Notes: generated by a model from the letters alone, not told the origin. Shown: positions 27,130 through 37,563, counted from the first letter of the stretch. The stretch is 44,442 nt of DNA from Candidatus Margulisiibacteriota bacterium (GCA_034723395.1 JAYEOW010000019.1:1-44442), one strand, 5' to 3'. Made by a program: numbers and translations.

Positions 27130-30100
27130 ATGAGCTTAGTAAAGCTTCTCGATCCTGTAAAGCGATCCCCATATTTTTCAAGACAGCTCTCATCATTAAA
27201 ACGGGTCGGTAAAGCCGGTTTTCCGGGGATGATCGGATCTTCTTCGGCCGCGATATTAGCCGCGCTTGCGGACGATCTTAGGAATATATTGATAATTACC
27301 TCGAGCAGTGAGAAAAGTGAAGCTCTAAAATCAGAGATAAAATTATTCTCAGGCGTGGGACCGACTCTCTTTCCCGCTCCAGATACCCTTCCGGGTGAAG
27401 AAATAAAGCCCAGCAATGAATTGATCGGCGAAAGATTGGCGGTATTGAATAATGGTTTTGAAGGGATAGTTGTCGCGCCGGTCATGGCGGTGATGTGGAG
27501 GACCAGCCGGAGGCTGGAGAGTATCAAAGTATCAGTTAATCAGAATATCAGATTGGATGAATTGATTAAAAGATTAATCGAGTTTGGCCATAAACGGTTT
27601 GATATTGTTGGAGAGCGGGGGGAGTTTTCGGTCCGCGGGGGAATATTGGATATTTTTCCGTTGAATTTTGAACATCCGGTTCGTATTGAACTCTCGGGAG
27701 ATAAAATTGAATCGATCCGCTATTTTAACGCATATTCGCAACGGTCGACCGGGAGGATCGAAAAAGTTTCTATCCTTCCAGCAGTTGAAAATTTTGAGGT
27801 CCCGCTGTTTGAGCGTTTGCCAAAAGGGACGATCGTAATTCTCGATGAGCCTATGGAGATAAGCCGGGCGGCCGACCAGCATATTGAAGAGCTTGCCGCG
27901 ACCGATACCGATCTGCAATATTTAAGATTTGAAGATATCGAAAAGTATAAAAATGTTGAACTATCGAGCTTTTTGAAGCCGGATGAAGGGGGCATTTTCT
28001 TATCTCCAAAGAATTATCAAAATAGACTTCCTGAAATTCCCCAAAAGGCAATTGTTGTAAGTAAACACGCCGCCCGCCTTAAAGAGAAAGTCGAAGCAGA
28101 GGTATTAAAAGGGAGCCTTAGAGGTGGATTTATATTAAATGAGACTCAGATCTTAAGCGATCGAGAGATCTTTGGGGAAGAAATTGTTTTCCGACGGAAA
28201 AAATCGGCGGTGATCGAAGGAGTAGCGGATGAATTATTAGCCGATCTTACCGTGGGGGACTATGTGGTCCACGAAAATTATGGGATTGGGATTTACTGCG
28301 GGATGGAAACCCTTGATCTGGAAGGGGTTGAGCAGGAATATCTTTTGATCGAGTTTGCTGCCGGTGACAAAGTTTATGTTCCACCCAGTATGGCAGGCCT
28401 GATCGAAAAGTATTCGAGTGGCAGAGATTTTAGGCCAAAGCTAAATAGACTAGGGACGAAAAACTGGATACGGACTAAAGGACGAATTAAAAAAGAGTTA
28501 AAAGATATGACTCAGGATCTTTTAAAACTTTATGCTGCAAGGAAAAAACTCCCCGGTCATGCTTACCCTAAAGATGACCTCTGGCAAAAGGAGTTGGAAG
28601 GGACTTTTCCGTTTGAGGAAACGATCGATCAAAGTAAGGCGATCGCTGCGACCAAACGGGATATGGAAGCCCCTTACCCAATGGACCGTTTGATCTGCGG
28701 AGACGTCGGTTACGGAAAGACCGAAGTGGCGATCCGGGCGGCCGCGAAAGCGGTTTCGGCGGGAAAGCAGGTGGCGGTTTTGGTCCCGACGACAATTTTA
28801 GCCGACCAGCACTATAATAATTTTAAAGAGCGGTTTAAAACTTCCCCATTTATGATTAATATGCTCTCGCGTTTCCGTTCAAAAAAAGAGCAGGCGGAGA
28901 TCGTAAAGGTGTTAGGCCGGGGTGGGGTGGATATTGTGATCGGGACCCATCGTCTTTTATCAAAAGATATCAAATTTAAAGATCTGGGGCTTTTGATCTT
29001 GGATGAAGAGCAGCGGTTTGGGGTAGCGCATAAAGAGAAGCTTAAAAAAATAAAACTGAACGTTGATGTTTTAACTCTAAGCGCAACCCCCATTCCCCGG
29101 ACCCTTTATCTATCGCTTTCCGGATCCCGGGATATGAGTACCATTAATACTCCGCCGGTCGATCGCTCCCCAATCCGCACTTATGTACTCCCCTGGAGCG
29201 GGCATGTGATCCGCGAGGCAATCTTAAGAGAGATTGACCGCGGCGGGCAGATCTATTTTGTCCATAATATTGTCGAGACGATCGACGCGGTAGCCTCAAA
29301 GATAAAAAAACTGGTGCCGGAGGCGAAGATCGGGATCGGCCACGGGCAGATGTCAGAAAAAGAGCTGGAGAAAACGATGGTTAATTTTTTGGAGCGGAGA
29401 TTTAATGTTTTAGTATGCACTTCGATCATTGAATCCGGGCTCGATATTACAAACGTTAACACGATCCTGATCGACAACGCGGAGCGCTTTGGCCTCTCCC
29501 AGCTTTACCAGATCCGGGGAAGGGTAGGGAGGTCGGCCGCGCGCGCTTATGCCTACCTGTTTTACCATCCGGAGAAGATAATGAGCGGACAGGCGCTAGA
29601 GCGATTAAAGGCGATCCAGGAATTTACCGCTTTAGGGTCGGGTTACAAGCTGGCGATGCGCGATCTTGAGATCCGCGGGGCAGGAAATCTTCTGGGCTCT
29701 CAACAATCCGGCCATGTTATGGAAGTCGGTTTTGACCTCTATTGTGAGCTTCTGGAAGAAGCGGTGCGTGAGGTTAAAGGGATCAAGACCGTGTCAGCCA
29801 GAGAAGTTATTATTGATCTCAAAGTCGAAGCCTATATTCCCGAAGATTATGTAACCGATGACCGGCAAAGGATCGCGCTTTACCGCCGAATGAACCATTT
29901 AAGCACCAAAGAAGAGCTTTCTGAGATGAAAAAAGAGCTCCGCGACCGTTTTGGGACGCTTCCGGGGACACTTAATCGGCTGTTTGATATATTAAATCTG
30001 AGGGTGGTTGCGATCAAGGCGGGAATTGTTGGGATCAAAGAAGAAGGCGGAAAGCTATTAATTGATAATCTGGCGGGCAAAAGAAAGAAAGTCGAGATTA

Positions 30101-30147
30101 AAGGGAAAGATAAGATTAACCTTGCTTTGCTAAGTATTGCTGGATAA
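27130..30147 (+). CDS. mfd: Transcription-repair coupling factor
   Basis: GEFSVRGGILD, GDYVVH.NYGIG (RID), GDVGYGKT, DEEQRFGV, QIRGRVGR, DLEIRGAGNLLG. Confidence 0.97.
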   Translation: MSLVKLLDPVKRSPYFSRQLSSLKRVGKAGFPGMIGSSSAAILAALADDLRNILIITSSSEKSEALKSEIKLFSGVGPTLFPAPDTLPGEEIKPSNELIGERLAVLNNGFEGIVVAPVMAVMWRTSRRLESIKVSVNQNIRLDELIKRLIEFGHKRFDIVGERGEFSVRGGILDIFPLNFEHPVRIELSGDKIESIRYFNAYSQRSTGRIEKVSILPAVENFEVPLFERLPKGTIVILDEPMEISRAADQHIEELAATDTDLQYLRFEDIEKYKNVELSSFLKPDEGGIFLSPKNYQNRLPEIPQKAIVVSKHAARLKEKVEAEVLKGSLRGGFILNETQILSDREIFGEEIVFRRKKSAVIEGVADELLADLTVGDYVVHENYGIGIYCGMETLDLEGVEQEYLLIEFAAGDKVYVPPSMAGLIEKYSSGRDFRPKLNRLGTKNWIRTKGRIKKELKDMTQDLLKLYAARKKLPGHAYPKDDLWQKELEGTFPFEETIDQSKAIAATKRDMEAPYPMDRLICGDVGYGKTEVAIRAAAKAVSAGKQVAVLVPTTILADQHYNNFKERFKTSPFMINMLSRFRSKKEQAEIVKVLGRGGVDIVIGTHRLLSKDIKFKDLGLLILDEEQRFGVAHKEKLKKIKLNVDVLTLSATPIPRTLYLSLSGSRDMSTINTPPVDRSPIRTYVLPWSGHVIREAILREIDRGGQIYFVHNIVETIDAVASKIKKLVPEAKIGIGHGQMSEKELEKTMVNFLERRFNVLVCTSIIESGLDITNVNTILIDNAERFGLSQLYQIRGRVGRSAARAYAYLFYHPEKIMSGQALERLKAIQEFTALGSGYKLAMRDLEIRGAGNLLGSQQSGHVMEVGFDLYCELLEEAVREVKGIKTVSAREVIIDLKVEAYIPEDYVTDDRQRIALYRRMNHLSTKEELSEMKKELRDRFGTLPGTLNRLFDILNLRVVAIKAGIVGIKEEGGKLLIDNLAGKRKKVEIKGKDKINLALLSIAG

Positions 30148-30439
30148 TATTTTTGTCGCGGACAACAACCAGGGGCTTCCCCTTGGGGGTCTTGATCGTA
30201 AGTTTTTCGGGGGTAACGTCAATATTGCCCACGCCCGAATCCTGGCGTGAAGACTGTGCCAGATAGTTCATAAGCAAGAGTTTTAAGACTTCGGGGTTCA
30301 GTTTATTTCCAAGGAAAATCTTCGGTTCAACCACAAATTCGGTGTGCTTTGCGGCAATAACGTGAGCGTCGCCTTGTTCCCTCCAAAGCTGTTTAAGCTT
30401 GGCTTCTAATTTTTCCAATGCGCTTTGTTCTCGTTCCAT
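30116..30439 (-). CDS. Hypothetical protein
   Basis: Third gene of a tightly coupled three-ORF operon (TAATG overlap, AGGAG upstream). Confidence 0.6.
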   Translation of the reverse strand: MEREQSALEKLEAKLKQLWREQGDAHVIAAKHTEFVVEPKIFLGNKLNPEVLKLLLMNYLAQSSRQDSGVGNIDVTPEKLTIKTPKGKPLVVVRDKNIIQQYLAKQG

Positions 30440-30864
30440 TATGCTGCGGCTCCTTGGGTTAACAATTGTTCTTCCTCTAAAGCGTTTACTGTATCTTTAT
30501 AAAGCTTGGTTCCTTTGCTGAGTAAGGCGATCATACGCAGGGTTTGCAATCTGGTCTCGGTGTTAGTTTTAATAGGTGGCTGATATTCAGCGGGGATCTC
30601 AGGGCCGTGAACTTCAAGTTTAACCGTGAACTTCTTAATCGGGATATCGGGAATGTTGCCGGCTAGAGCTGCGCCGGCTTTAATGGGCCTTCTTTCAAAA
30701 GTCTGGTGATGGGGACCTTTCTTGAACCGTTCAATGCCGGTTACGTATTCAAGGATGGCCTCGGCTGAAAGTTCAATGGCCGGATGGCCAGCCCCGGCGC
30801 CTTTAGCGAGCGGGGCCTGTATATTCCGGACAACCGGTTTTTGTACTAATGCTTCGCTTGCCAC
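30439..30864 (-). CDS. Hypothetical protein
   Basis: GTG start 1 nt after the upstream stop; GGAGG RBS. Confidence 0.65.
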   Translation of the reverse strand: MASEALVQKPVVRNIQAPLAKGAGAGHPAIELSAEAILEYVTGIERFKKGPHHQTFERRPIKAGAALAGNIPDIPIKKFTVKLEVHGPEIPAEYQPPIKTNTETRLQTLRMIALLSKGTKLYKDTVNALEEEQLLTQGAAA

Positions 30865-30865
30865 T

Positions 30866-31147
30866 TTAGCGTTTCCTCCATCCTATTTTTCCGTTCTTTA
30901 GGTCCTGCTTGATCATGGATGCCAAATAAGGCAGGTCGGTCGGTTTAACTCTGAAGCGACTGGCAAAAAATTCCATAACCGCCTTAGCTTTTTGGTTGGG
31001 ATCGAGGAGTGCTCTGTCGTCGTTAACCACGCGTTCCCCGTCAATATTTAAAAGGGCTAAAATATCGATGACTTCCATCGGAGATTTTAGCCCCAGGGCT
31101 TTAAGATTTGGACCTTGATTTTGCTGTGTTTTTTGCTTTACTGCCAT
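30866..31147 (-). CDS. Hypothetical protein
   Basis: GAGG RBS; preceded by a sigma-28-like motif. Confidence 0.65.
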   Translation of the reverse strand: MAVKQKTQQNQGPNLKALGLKSPMEVIDILALLNIDGERVVNDDRALLDPNQKAKAVMEFFASRFRVKPTDLPYLASMIKQDLKNGKIGWRKR

Positions 31148-31168
31148 AGTATTTCCTCGTCCACTATA

Positions 31169-31198
31169 TTTATCGTAGTTAGGGGTCTAAAACTTGCA
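31169..31198 (-). promoter_or_regulatory. Sigma-28-like promoter motif TGCAA-N17-ACGATAAA
   Basis: Upstream of the three-ORF operon; spacer one nt longer than the other copies. Confidence 0.55.
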
Positions 31199-31200
31199 TG

Positions 31201-31310
31201 GATTTTCAGGGAAAATCAGGGAATATTAGGGATAATAAAGGAAAATCAGGGAGGGGAAATTATATTCCATGATTCACCCTGATTTTCTCTAATATTCCCT
31301 GATAATCCAT
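31201..31310. repeat. 10-bp degenerate tandem units (GGGAAAATCA-like) followed by their inverted copies
   Basis: TCAGGGAAAATCAGGGAATATTAGGGATAATAAAGGAAAATCAGGG ... CCCTGATTTTCTCTAATATTCCCTGAT. Confidence 0.75.
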
Positions 31311-31336
31311 AATGCAATATGCTAGAATGGAAAACA

Positions 31337-32116
31337 ATGGGTAAAATAGGCAATCAATTTGAAGAGTTTATCGCAATCGTAAAAACGCTCAGGAAGAAAT
31401 GCCCCTGGGACAGGGAACAGACGCTCGAGAGCCTGAAGCCCTATCTGGTCGAGGAGGTCTACGAGGCCCTCTCGGCTATCGACGACAAAGACCATAAAAG
31501 GCTGAATGAAGAGATCGGCGATATGCTCCTGCACGTGGTCATGTTATCGGTCTTTTTGAGCGAGAAAAGCAGGTATTCCATGCAGGATGTGATCAGGTCG
31601 ATCTCGGATAAAATGGTGCGGCGGCATCCCCATGTTTTTGGTGAGGGGAAGGCAAAAACGAAGGAAGAGGTATGGGGGAAGTGGGAGAAGATAAAGAGGG
31701 ATGAGGGTAAAGGGCAAAGGGATAAGGGGAAAGGAATGCTTGAAAGTATTCCCAAATCACTTCCTGCTTTATATCGTGCCGAAAAGGTACAGAAGCGGGC
31801 GGCGAGGGTCGGATTTGACTGGGATCATGTTGCAGGGGCATGGGATAAGGTGCATGAGGAACTGGACGAAGTGAAATCCGAAATTCGAAAACCGAAATCC
31901 GAACAAGGAAAAATTAAATCAGAAATAGGAGACCTTCTTTTTGCTATAGTTAACGTAGCGAGGAAGCTGGAGATCGATGCGGAGGAGGCGTTGCAGAGGG
32001 GAAATGATAAATTCATGCGCAGGTTTTCGAAGATCGAGAAAAAACTGCAGGAAAAAAAACTTACCCTCGATCAAATGGACACCCTTTGGGAACAGGTTAA
32101 ATCCTCTGAAGTATGA
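31337..32116 (+). CDS. mazG: Nucleoside triphosphate pyrophosphohydrolase MazG
   Basis: CPWDREQT, EEVYE, EEIGD, RRHPHVFG, GFDW, EIGDLLF. Start moved to 31337 because TGCTAGAAT (31320-31328) looks like its -10. Confidence 0.93.
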   Translation: MGKIGNQFEEFIAIVKTLRKKCPWDREQTLESLKPYLVEEVYEALSAIDDKDHKRLNEEIGDMLLHVVMLSVFLSEKSRYSMQDVIRSISDKMVRRHPHVFGEGKAKTKEEVWGKWEKIKRDEGKGQRDKGKGMLESIPKSLPALYRAEKVQKRAARVGFDWDHVAGAWDKVHEELDEVKSEIRKPKSEQGKIKSEIGDLLFAIVNVARKLEIDAEEALQRGNDKFMRRFSKIEKKLQEKKLTLDQMDTLWEQVKSSEV

Positions 32117-32130
32117 TATAATCTTAAATG

Positions 32131-32206
32131 CCTTCACCCGGTTTTATTTCAACCATTACTTGTCGTTTTCGGCCCTCTCCCTGAGGGAGAGGGAAAGGGG
32201 TGAGGG
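32131..32206. repeat. Palindromic element of the same family as 1-100, in the ftsH leader
   Basis: CCCTCTCCC-TGA-GGGAGAGGG (32173-32193); CCTTCACCC(32131-32139) pairs with GGGTGAGGG(32198-32206). Confidence 0.7.
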
Positions 32207-32217
32207 GGTAAAATGAT

Positions 32218-34017
32218 ATGAAAGCCAACTGGAAAAACATATTTATATATTTATTAATTGTGCTGGCAGCGGTTGCCATTATATCCCCATTTTTTCAAAC
32301 TGAGCAGAAATCTAAAGAGATCGCTTTTTCCAACTTCCTTGATCTGGTCGATCAGGGGAAGATCAGCAGTGTTACCATTGCCGGAGACAGGTTGTCTGGT
32401 GCGTTAAACGATAAAAGTAAATTTCATTCCCGGGCGTTAAGTTATCCAAACCTGGTCCCGATGCTTCGTGAAAAAGGGGTTGCGATCAAGGTTGAGTCGC
32501 CGGTTGAAAGCAACTGGTTCTGGAGCCTGGCGATCCAGCTTCTGATACCGATCGCATTTTTCGGACTGCTCTGGTGGTTATTGATCCGCCAAGCGCAGGG
32601 GGCAAACCGGCAGGCGATGTCTTTTGGGCGCTCTCGCGCGAAACCGTTAATTGGCAAGGTAAATGTTACCTTTAAAGATGTCGCTGGAGTGGATGAGGCT
32701 AAAGAGGAACTCCAGGAGATCGTAGAATTCCTTAAAAAACCCGAAAAGTTCCAGGCGTTAGGGGCAAAAATACCTAAAGGATTGCTTTTAATGGGAGCTC
32801 CTGGTACAGGAAAAACCCTTTTAGCGCGCGCAATTGCCGGAGAGGCCGAGGTCCCATTCTTCTCCTTGTCCGGTTCGGACTTTGTTGAGATGTTTGTCGG
32901 TGTTGGCGCATCAAGAGTTCGCAACCTATTCCAGGAAGCGAAAAAACAGACCCCCTGTATTATCTTTATGGATGAGATTGACGCGGTAGGGAGACATCGC
33001 GGAGCAGGCTTAGGTGGGGGACATGACGAAAGGGAACAGACTTTAAACCAGCTCTTGGTTGAGATGGACGGTTTCGATCCAAAAACTAACATAATTATAA
33101 TTGCGGCGACCAACCGGCCCGATATTTTGGATCCGGCCCTCCTACGTCCGGGACGCTTTGATCGTAGGGTCATTCTTGATAAACCTGATCTAAAAGGGAG
33201 AGAAGAGATCCTTAAGATCCACGGCAAGAATAAACCGCTGGCAAAAGATGTTAATTTTAATGTGGTTGCCAGGCGCACTCCGGGATTTACTGGAGCGGAC
33301 CTGGAAAGTGTGTTGAACGAAGCGGCGATCCTGGCTGCTAGAGTAGATAAAAAAGAGGTCACCATGGAAGAAGTGGAAGAGGCGATCGACCGGGTCTTAG
33401 CCGGGCCGGAAAAGAAGAGCCGGGTAATTTCGGAGGACGAAAGATCGATCGTGGCCCATCACGAAGTAGGTCACGCTTTCTTGTCGAAAGTTCTTCCAAA
33501 AGCGGATCCTGTCCATAAGATCTCAATCCTCCCACGCGGGATGGCCTTGGGTTACACTTTGCAGCTGCCGGAACAGGATCGGCATTTAGTCAGTCGGTCT
33601 GAAGCCCTCGACCAAATTACAGTCCTAATGGGGGGAAGGGTTGCGGAAGAGATCGTTTTTTCAGAGATTACATCTGGAGCGCAAAACGATTTTCAGCGGG
33701 CAACTGACATGGCCAAAAAGATGGTTTGTGAGTTTGGGATGAGCAAGTTGGGGCCTCGAACTTTCGGAAGAAAAAACCATCAGATCTTCCTCGGCCGCGA
33801 CATTGCGGAGATGAAAGATTACAGCGAAGAGACCGCGGATAAGATCGATGACGAGGTAAAAGCGATCGTCGGTTATTGCCACGATCGGGCGAAGAAGATA
33901 TTGACCTTAAATAAAAAAAGACTTACCGAGGTAGCAAAAACACTGATCGAAAAAGAGACTCTCGAAAACCACGACCTGGAAGAAGCTTTAAAAGACTTAA
34001 AGTATGAAGATAGTTGA
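32218..34017 (+). CDS. ftsH: ATP-dependent zinc metalloprotease FtsH
   Basis: 2 [29 protein letters not shown]. Confidence 0.98.
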   Translation: MKANWKNIFIYLLIVLAAVAIISPFFQTEQKSKEIAFSNFLDLVDQGKISSVTIAGDRLSGALNDKSKFHSRALSYPNLVPMLREKGVAIKVESPVESNWFWSLAIQLLIPIAFFGLLWWLLIRQAQGANRQAMSFGRSRAKPLIGKVNVTFKDVAGVDEAKEELQEIVEFLKKPEKFQALGAKIPKGLLLMGAPGTGKTLLARAIAGEAEVPFFSLSGSDFVEMFVGVGASRVRNLFQEAKKQTPCIIFMDEIDAVGRHRGAGLGGGHDEREQTLNQLLVEMDGFDPKTNIIIIAATNRPDILDPALLRPGRFDRRVILDKPDLKGREEILKIHGKNKPLAKDVNFNVVARRTPGFTGADLESVLNEAAILAARVDKKEVTMEEVEEAIDRVLAGPEKKSRVISEDERSIVAHHEVGHAFLSKVLPKADPVHKISILPRGMALGYTLQLPEQDRHLVSRSEALDQITVLMGGRVAEEIVFSEITSGAQNDFQRATDMAKKMVCEFGMSKLGPRTFGRKNHQIFLGRDIAEMKDYSEETADKIDDEVKAIVGYCHDRAKKILTLNKKRLTEVAKTLIEKETLENHDLEEALKDLKYEDS

Positions 34018-34885
34018 GTGTGTCCCCAATTTTTCCGAAGGCCGGGACGCCGTATTGATCGAAGAGATAGTTTCCGCCGCTAAAACCGCCAAGGTGCTTG
34101 ATGTCCACTCCGATCCCGACCATAACCGTTCGGTTGTAACTATTCTCGGCGATCCCAAAGGGGTAAAACAGTCCGCTTTTGACCTGACTGAGCGGGCAAT
34201 GCAGTTATTAGACCTTAAAAATCACGCAGGAGTCCATCCCTTTATCGGCGTAGTCGATGTTATCCCCTTTATTCCTATCTCAGATATTGATATAAATGAA
34301 ACTTGTCAATTGGCCCACAGCCTTGGAAATGATCTTTGGGATAAATTAAAGTTTCCGGTCTATTTTTATGGAGACGCGGCAAAAATAGACGAGAGAAAAG
34401 AACTCCCTTATGTCAGAAAAGGGGGTTATGCGGCTTTAAAGAATGAGATTGAATCGCCCCATCGCCGACCAGATGTCGGCCATGGTCTTCATGTTACATC
34501 GGGGGCGGTTGCGGTTGGTGTTCGTGATTATCTGATTGCCTTTAACGTTAACCTTGATTCCCGTGATATCGATATTGCTAAGTCAATTGCCAGCAATATT
34601 CGAGAAAAATCAGGAGGATTGCCTGGGATCAGAGCGTTAGGGATGGAACTTCCCAGCAAAGAGTGTGTTCAGGTTTCGATTAACGTGACCGACCACCGAA
34701 CAACGTCTCTTAAAAAAGTGTTTACCCAGGTTAAGAAATGGGCCAAAGAGTATAAAGTTTTAATTACCGGGTCCGAACTTGTAGGGATGATCCCCAAGGC
34801 GGCGGTTTTTGATGGGATGAACGAATATTTGAAGTTGCCGGCCTTCCACGATGACATGATCCTGGAAAAAAATCTCCCTGCGTGA
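34004..34885 (+). CDS. ftcD: Glutamate formimidoyltransferase
   Basis: [49 protein letters not shown]. Confidence 0.92.
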   Translation: MKIVECVPNFSEGRDAVLIEEIVSAAKTAKVLDVHSDPDHNRSVVTILGDPKGVKQSAFDLTERAMQLLDLKNHAGVHPFIGVVDVIPFIPISDIDINETCQLAHSLGNDLWDKLKFPVYFYGDAAKIDERKELPYVRKGGYAALKNEIESPHRRPDVGHGLHVTSGAVAVGVRDYLIAFNVNLDSRDIDIAKSIASNIREKSGGLPGIRALGMELPSKECVQVSINVTDHRTTSLKKVFTQVKKWAKEYKVLITGSELVGMIPKAAVFDGMNEYLKLPAFHDDMILEKNLPA

Positions 34886-34899
34886 TAGAATTTTTTTAA

Positions 34900-37557
34900 A
34901 TGAGCAACGAAATCCCGAAAGTATATAATCCGACCGAAGTTGAGCAGAAATGGTATAAGTTCTGGGAAGAGAATAAGCTTTTTACCCCGGAAGAAAATTC
35001 TTCAAAGAAACCGTTCACGATCGTTATCCCTCCGCCTAACGTTACCGGTAATCTCCACATGGGCCATGCGCTGGACAATTCTATTCAGGATGTTCTGATC
35101 CGTTATAAAAAACTTAAAGGTTTTAATGCCCTTTGGGTCCCAGGGACCGATCACGCCGGCATAGCGACGCAAAATGTGGTCGCGAAGGCGCTAAAAAAAG
35201 AGGGAGAACGCAAAGAAGATTTGGGACGAGAGAATTTTGTTGAAAGAGTATGGAAATGGAAAGAAGAATACGGGGGGAATATTACCCGGCAACTGCGCAG
35301 ATTAGGTGCTTCGCTTGATTGGACTCGCGAACGCTTTACCATGGACGAGGGGCTTTCCAAGGCAGTTACCCATGAATTTGTCGCTTTATATAACGAAGGA
35401 TTGATCTATCGTGGCAAACGGTTGATCAACTGGTGCGCAAAATGCGGAACGGCGATCTCTGATATCGAGGTTGAACACGAGATGAAGAAGGGGAATCTTT
35501 GGTATATCAAATATCCAGTCGAAAGCACTAAGGTTTCGGTTACCGTAGCTACTACAAGACCAGAAACGATGCTGGGGGATACTGCGGTTGCAGTAAACCC
35601 AAAAGATAAACGTTATAAGAAGCTGATCGGCAAAATGCTGGTTCTCCCGCTGGTAAACCGGAAAATCCCGATCATTAAAGATGATTTTGTCGATCCAAAA
35701 TTCGGCACCGGCGCGGTTAAAGTTACTCCCGCCCACGATCCGAACGACTTTGAGATGGGAGAGCGGCATGAACTTCCACGAATAAATATCCTGACTAAGG
35801 ATGCGAAGATAACCTTTGAAGAATTTGCGGATGAGGATAAGCAGGAGATCTCCGAAATTGAGGGGATGGACCGTTTTAAAGCGCGCCAGAGGATAGTTGA
35901 GCTGCTGGAAGAAAAAGGATTTCTGGAAAAGATCGAAGATTACGAAACATCAATCGGTGAATGCTATCGTTGTAAAACAGTTATAGAGCCTTATCTTTCG
36001 GATCAGTGGTATGTAAAGGTGAAAGAGCTCGCCCGCAAGGCGATCAAAGCAGTTGAGGATGGGAAGATAAAATATGTCCCTAACCGCTGGACCAAGATCT
36101 ATATCAATTGGATGACTAATCTTCGCGATTGGTGTATTTCCAGGCAATTGTGGTGGGGGCACCGCATACCGGTCTGGTATCGTGGGGATGAAATATACGT
36201 TGGTGAAGAGCCGCCAAAGGGAGATGGTTGGGAACAAGATCCGGATGTGTTTGATACCTGGTTCTCCTCGGCGCTTTGGCCATTTTCAACCCTGGGCTGG
36301 CCAGAGAAAACTAAAGATTTGCAAACTTTCTATCCAACTGACGTTCTAGTGACCGGCTACGATATAATCACTTTCTGGGTATCCAGGATGATTATGATGG
36401 GAATGCACTTTATGAAGAAGGCGCCGTTCCACACCGTATTTATCCACGGATTAGTCCGCGACGCTAAAGGGAAAAAGATGAGTAAATCGTTCGGCAACGT
36501 GATCGATCCGATCGAAATTATCGATAAGGTTGGTGCGGACGCTCTTCGATTCGCCTTAATCTCTCTAATTACCGGTCAGGGGCAGGATATAAAGTTAACT
36601 CCAGATAAAATTACTGAAGCCAGGAACTTTACCAATAAGATATGGAACGTAGCTAGGTTTGTACTTATGGCTATGGAACCTGAGGCTAAAAGCCTCGGTT
36701 CCATAGATCCTGATAGGTTAGAATTGCCGGACAAGTGGATTATCAGTCGGAATCAAAATCTGGCGGCTGAAGTTGACAAGCTAATAGATGGTTGCGATTT
36801 TGGTGAAGCAGCTAGAAAAATTTACGATTTCCTTTGGGGTGATTTTTGTGACTGGTACGTGGAGATTTCCAAGAAGGATCTTTATTCGGAAGATAAAACG
36901 AAGAAAGAAAAGACCCTTTCGGTCCTCCTTTACGTTTTGGAGCGAACACTTCGAGTAATGCACCCATTTATGCCGTTTATTTCGGAGGAAACATGGCAGA
37001 TATTAACTAACAACTTACAACTAACGACTAACAACTTAAAAAGCATTATCTTATCAAAGTGGCCGAAGGTGGATAATAGTTTAATAGATGAAAAAACGGA
37101 AAAAAGCTTTAACTTAGTCAAAGAATTAATAGTCAAAATTCGAAACATCAAAGCAGAGATGGGGGTTCAAACCAAAGATATCGAACTGATTATTGTTTCT
37201 CCGAAAAGAGACATCGATGCCGGCGCACAATTTATTAAATCGTTGGCAAAAGTCAGCAGTATTAGTGTCCAAAAGGTACTAAAATCTAAACCCGAACAAT
37301 CGGCGACCGGTGTTGTACATGATGTTCAATTCTTTATCCCGCTTAAGGGATTGGTTGATATCGAGAAAGAGGTGGAACGGCTCAAGAAGGAGGATGAAAA
37401 GATAGATAAAGAGTTGTCCCATCTTAATAAACTTCTTTCCAATAAGAATTTTGTCGATAAGGCTGATCCTGTAGCAGTTGAACGGCAGCGATCCAGACAA
37501 AAAGAGTTAGCTGAGAAGAAAACAATTATTGCTGCTAGGATTAAAGATCTTTCCTAA
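34900..37557 (+). CDS. valS: Valine--tRNA ligase
   Basis: PPPNVTGNLHMGH, GTDHAGIATQ, DWCISRQLWWGH, KMSKS, C-terminal coiled coil. TGATAGAAT lies 8 nt upstream. Confidence 0.98.
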   Translation: MSNEIPKVYNPTEVEQKWYKFWEENKLFTPEENSSKKPFTIVIPPPNVTGNLHMGHALDNSIQDVLIRYKKLKGFNALWVPGTDHAGIATQNVVAKALKKEGERKEDLGRENFVERVWKWKEEYGGNITRQLRRLGASLDWTRERFTMDEGLSKAVTHEFVALYNEGLIYRGKRLINWCAKCGTAISDIEVEHEMKKGNLWYIKYPVESTKVSVTVATTRPETMLGDTAVAVNPKDKRYKKLIGKMLVLPLVNRKIPIIKDDFVDPKFGTGAVKVTPAHDPNDFEMGERHELPRINILTKDAKITFEEFADEDKQEISEIEGMDRFKARQRIVELLEEKGFLEKIEDYETSIGECYRCKTVIEPYLSDQWYVKVKELARKAIKAVEDGKIKYVPNRWTKIYINWMTNLRDWCISRQLWWGHRIPVWYRGDEIYVGEEPPKGDGWEQDPDVFDTWFSSALWPFSTLGWPEKTKDLQTFYPTDVLVTGYDIITFWVSRMIMMGMHFMKKAPFHTVFIHGLVRDAKGKKMSKSFGNVIDPIEIIDKVGADALRFALISLITGQGQDIKLTPDKITEARNFTNKIWNVARFVLMAMEPEAKSLGSIDPDRLELPDKWIISRNQNLAAEVDKLIDGCDFGEAARKIYDFLWGDFCDWYVEISKKDLYSEDKTKKEKTLSVLLYVLERTLRVMHPFMPFISEETWQILTNNLQLTTNNLKSIILSKWPKVDNSLIDEKTEKSFNLVKELIVKIRNIKAEMGVQTKDIELIIVSPKRDIDAGAQFIKSLAKVSSISVQKVLKSKPEQSATGVVHDVQFFIPLKGLVDIEKEVERLKKEDEKIDKELSHLNKLLSNKNFVDKADPVAVERQRSRQKELAEKKTIIAARIKDLS

Positions 37558-37563
37558 TTGCAT

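Noticed and set aside
27078..27527. 149-aa minus-strand ORF
   Set aside because: Antisense to the mfd 5' end and runs into the promoter region.
32442..33365. 307-aa antisense ORF
   Set aside because: Shadow of the conserved ftsH AAA domain; no motifs of its own.
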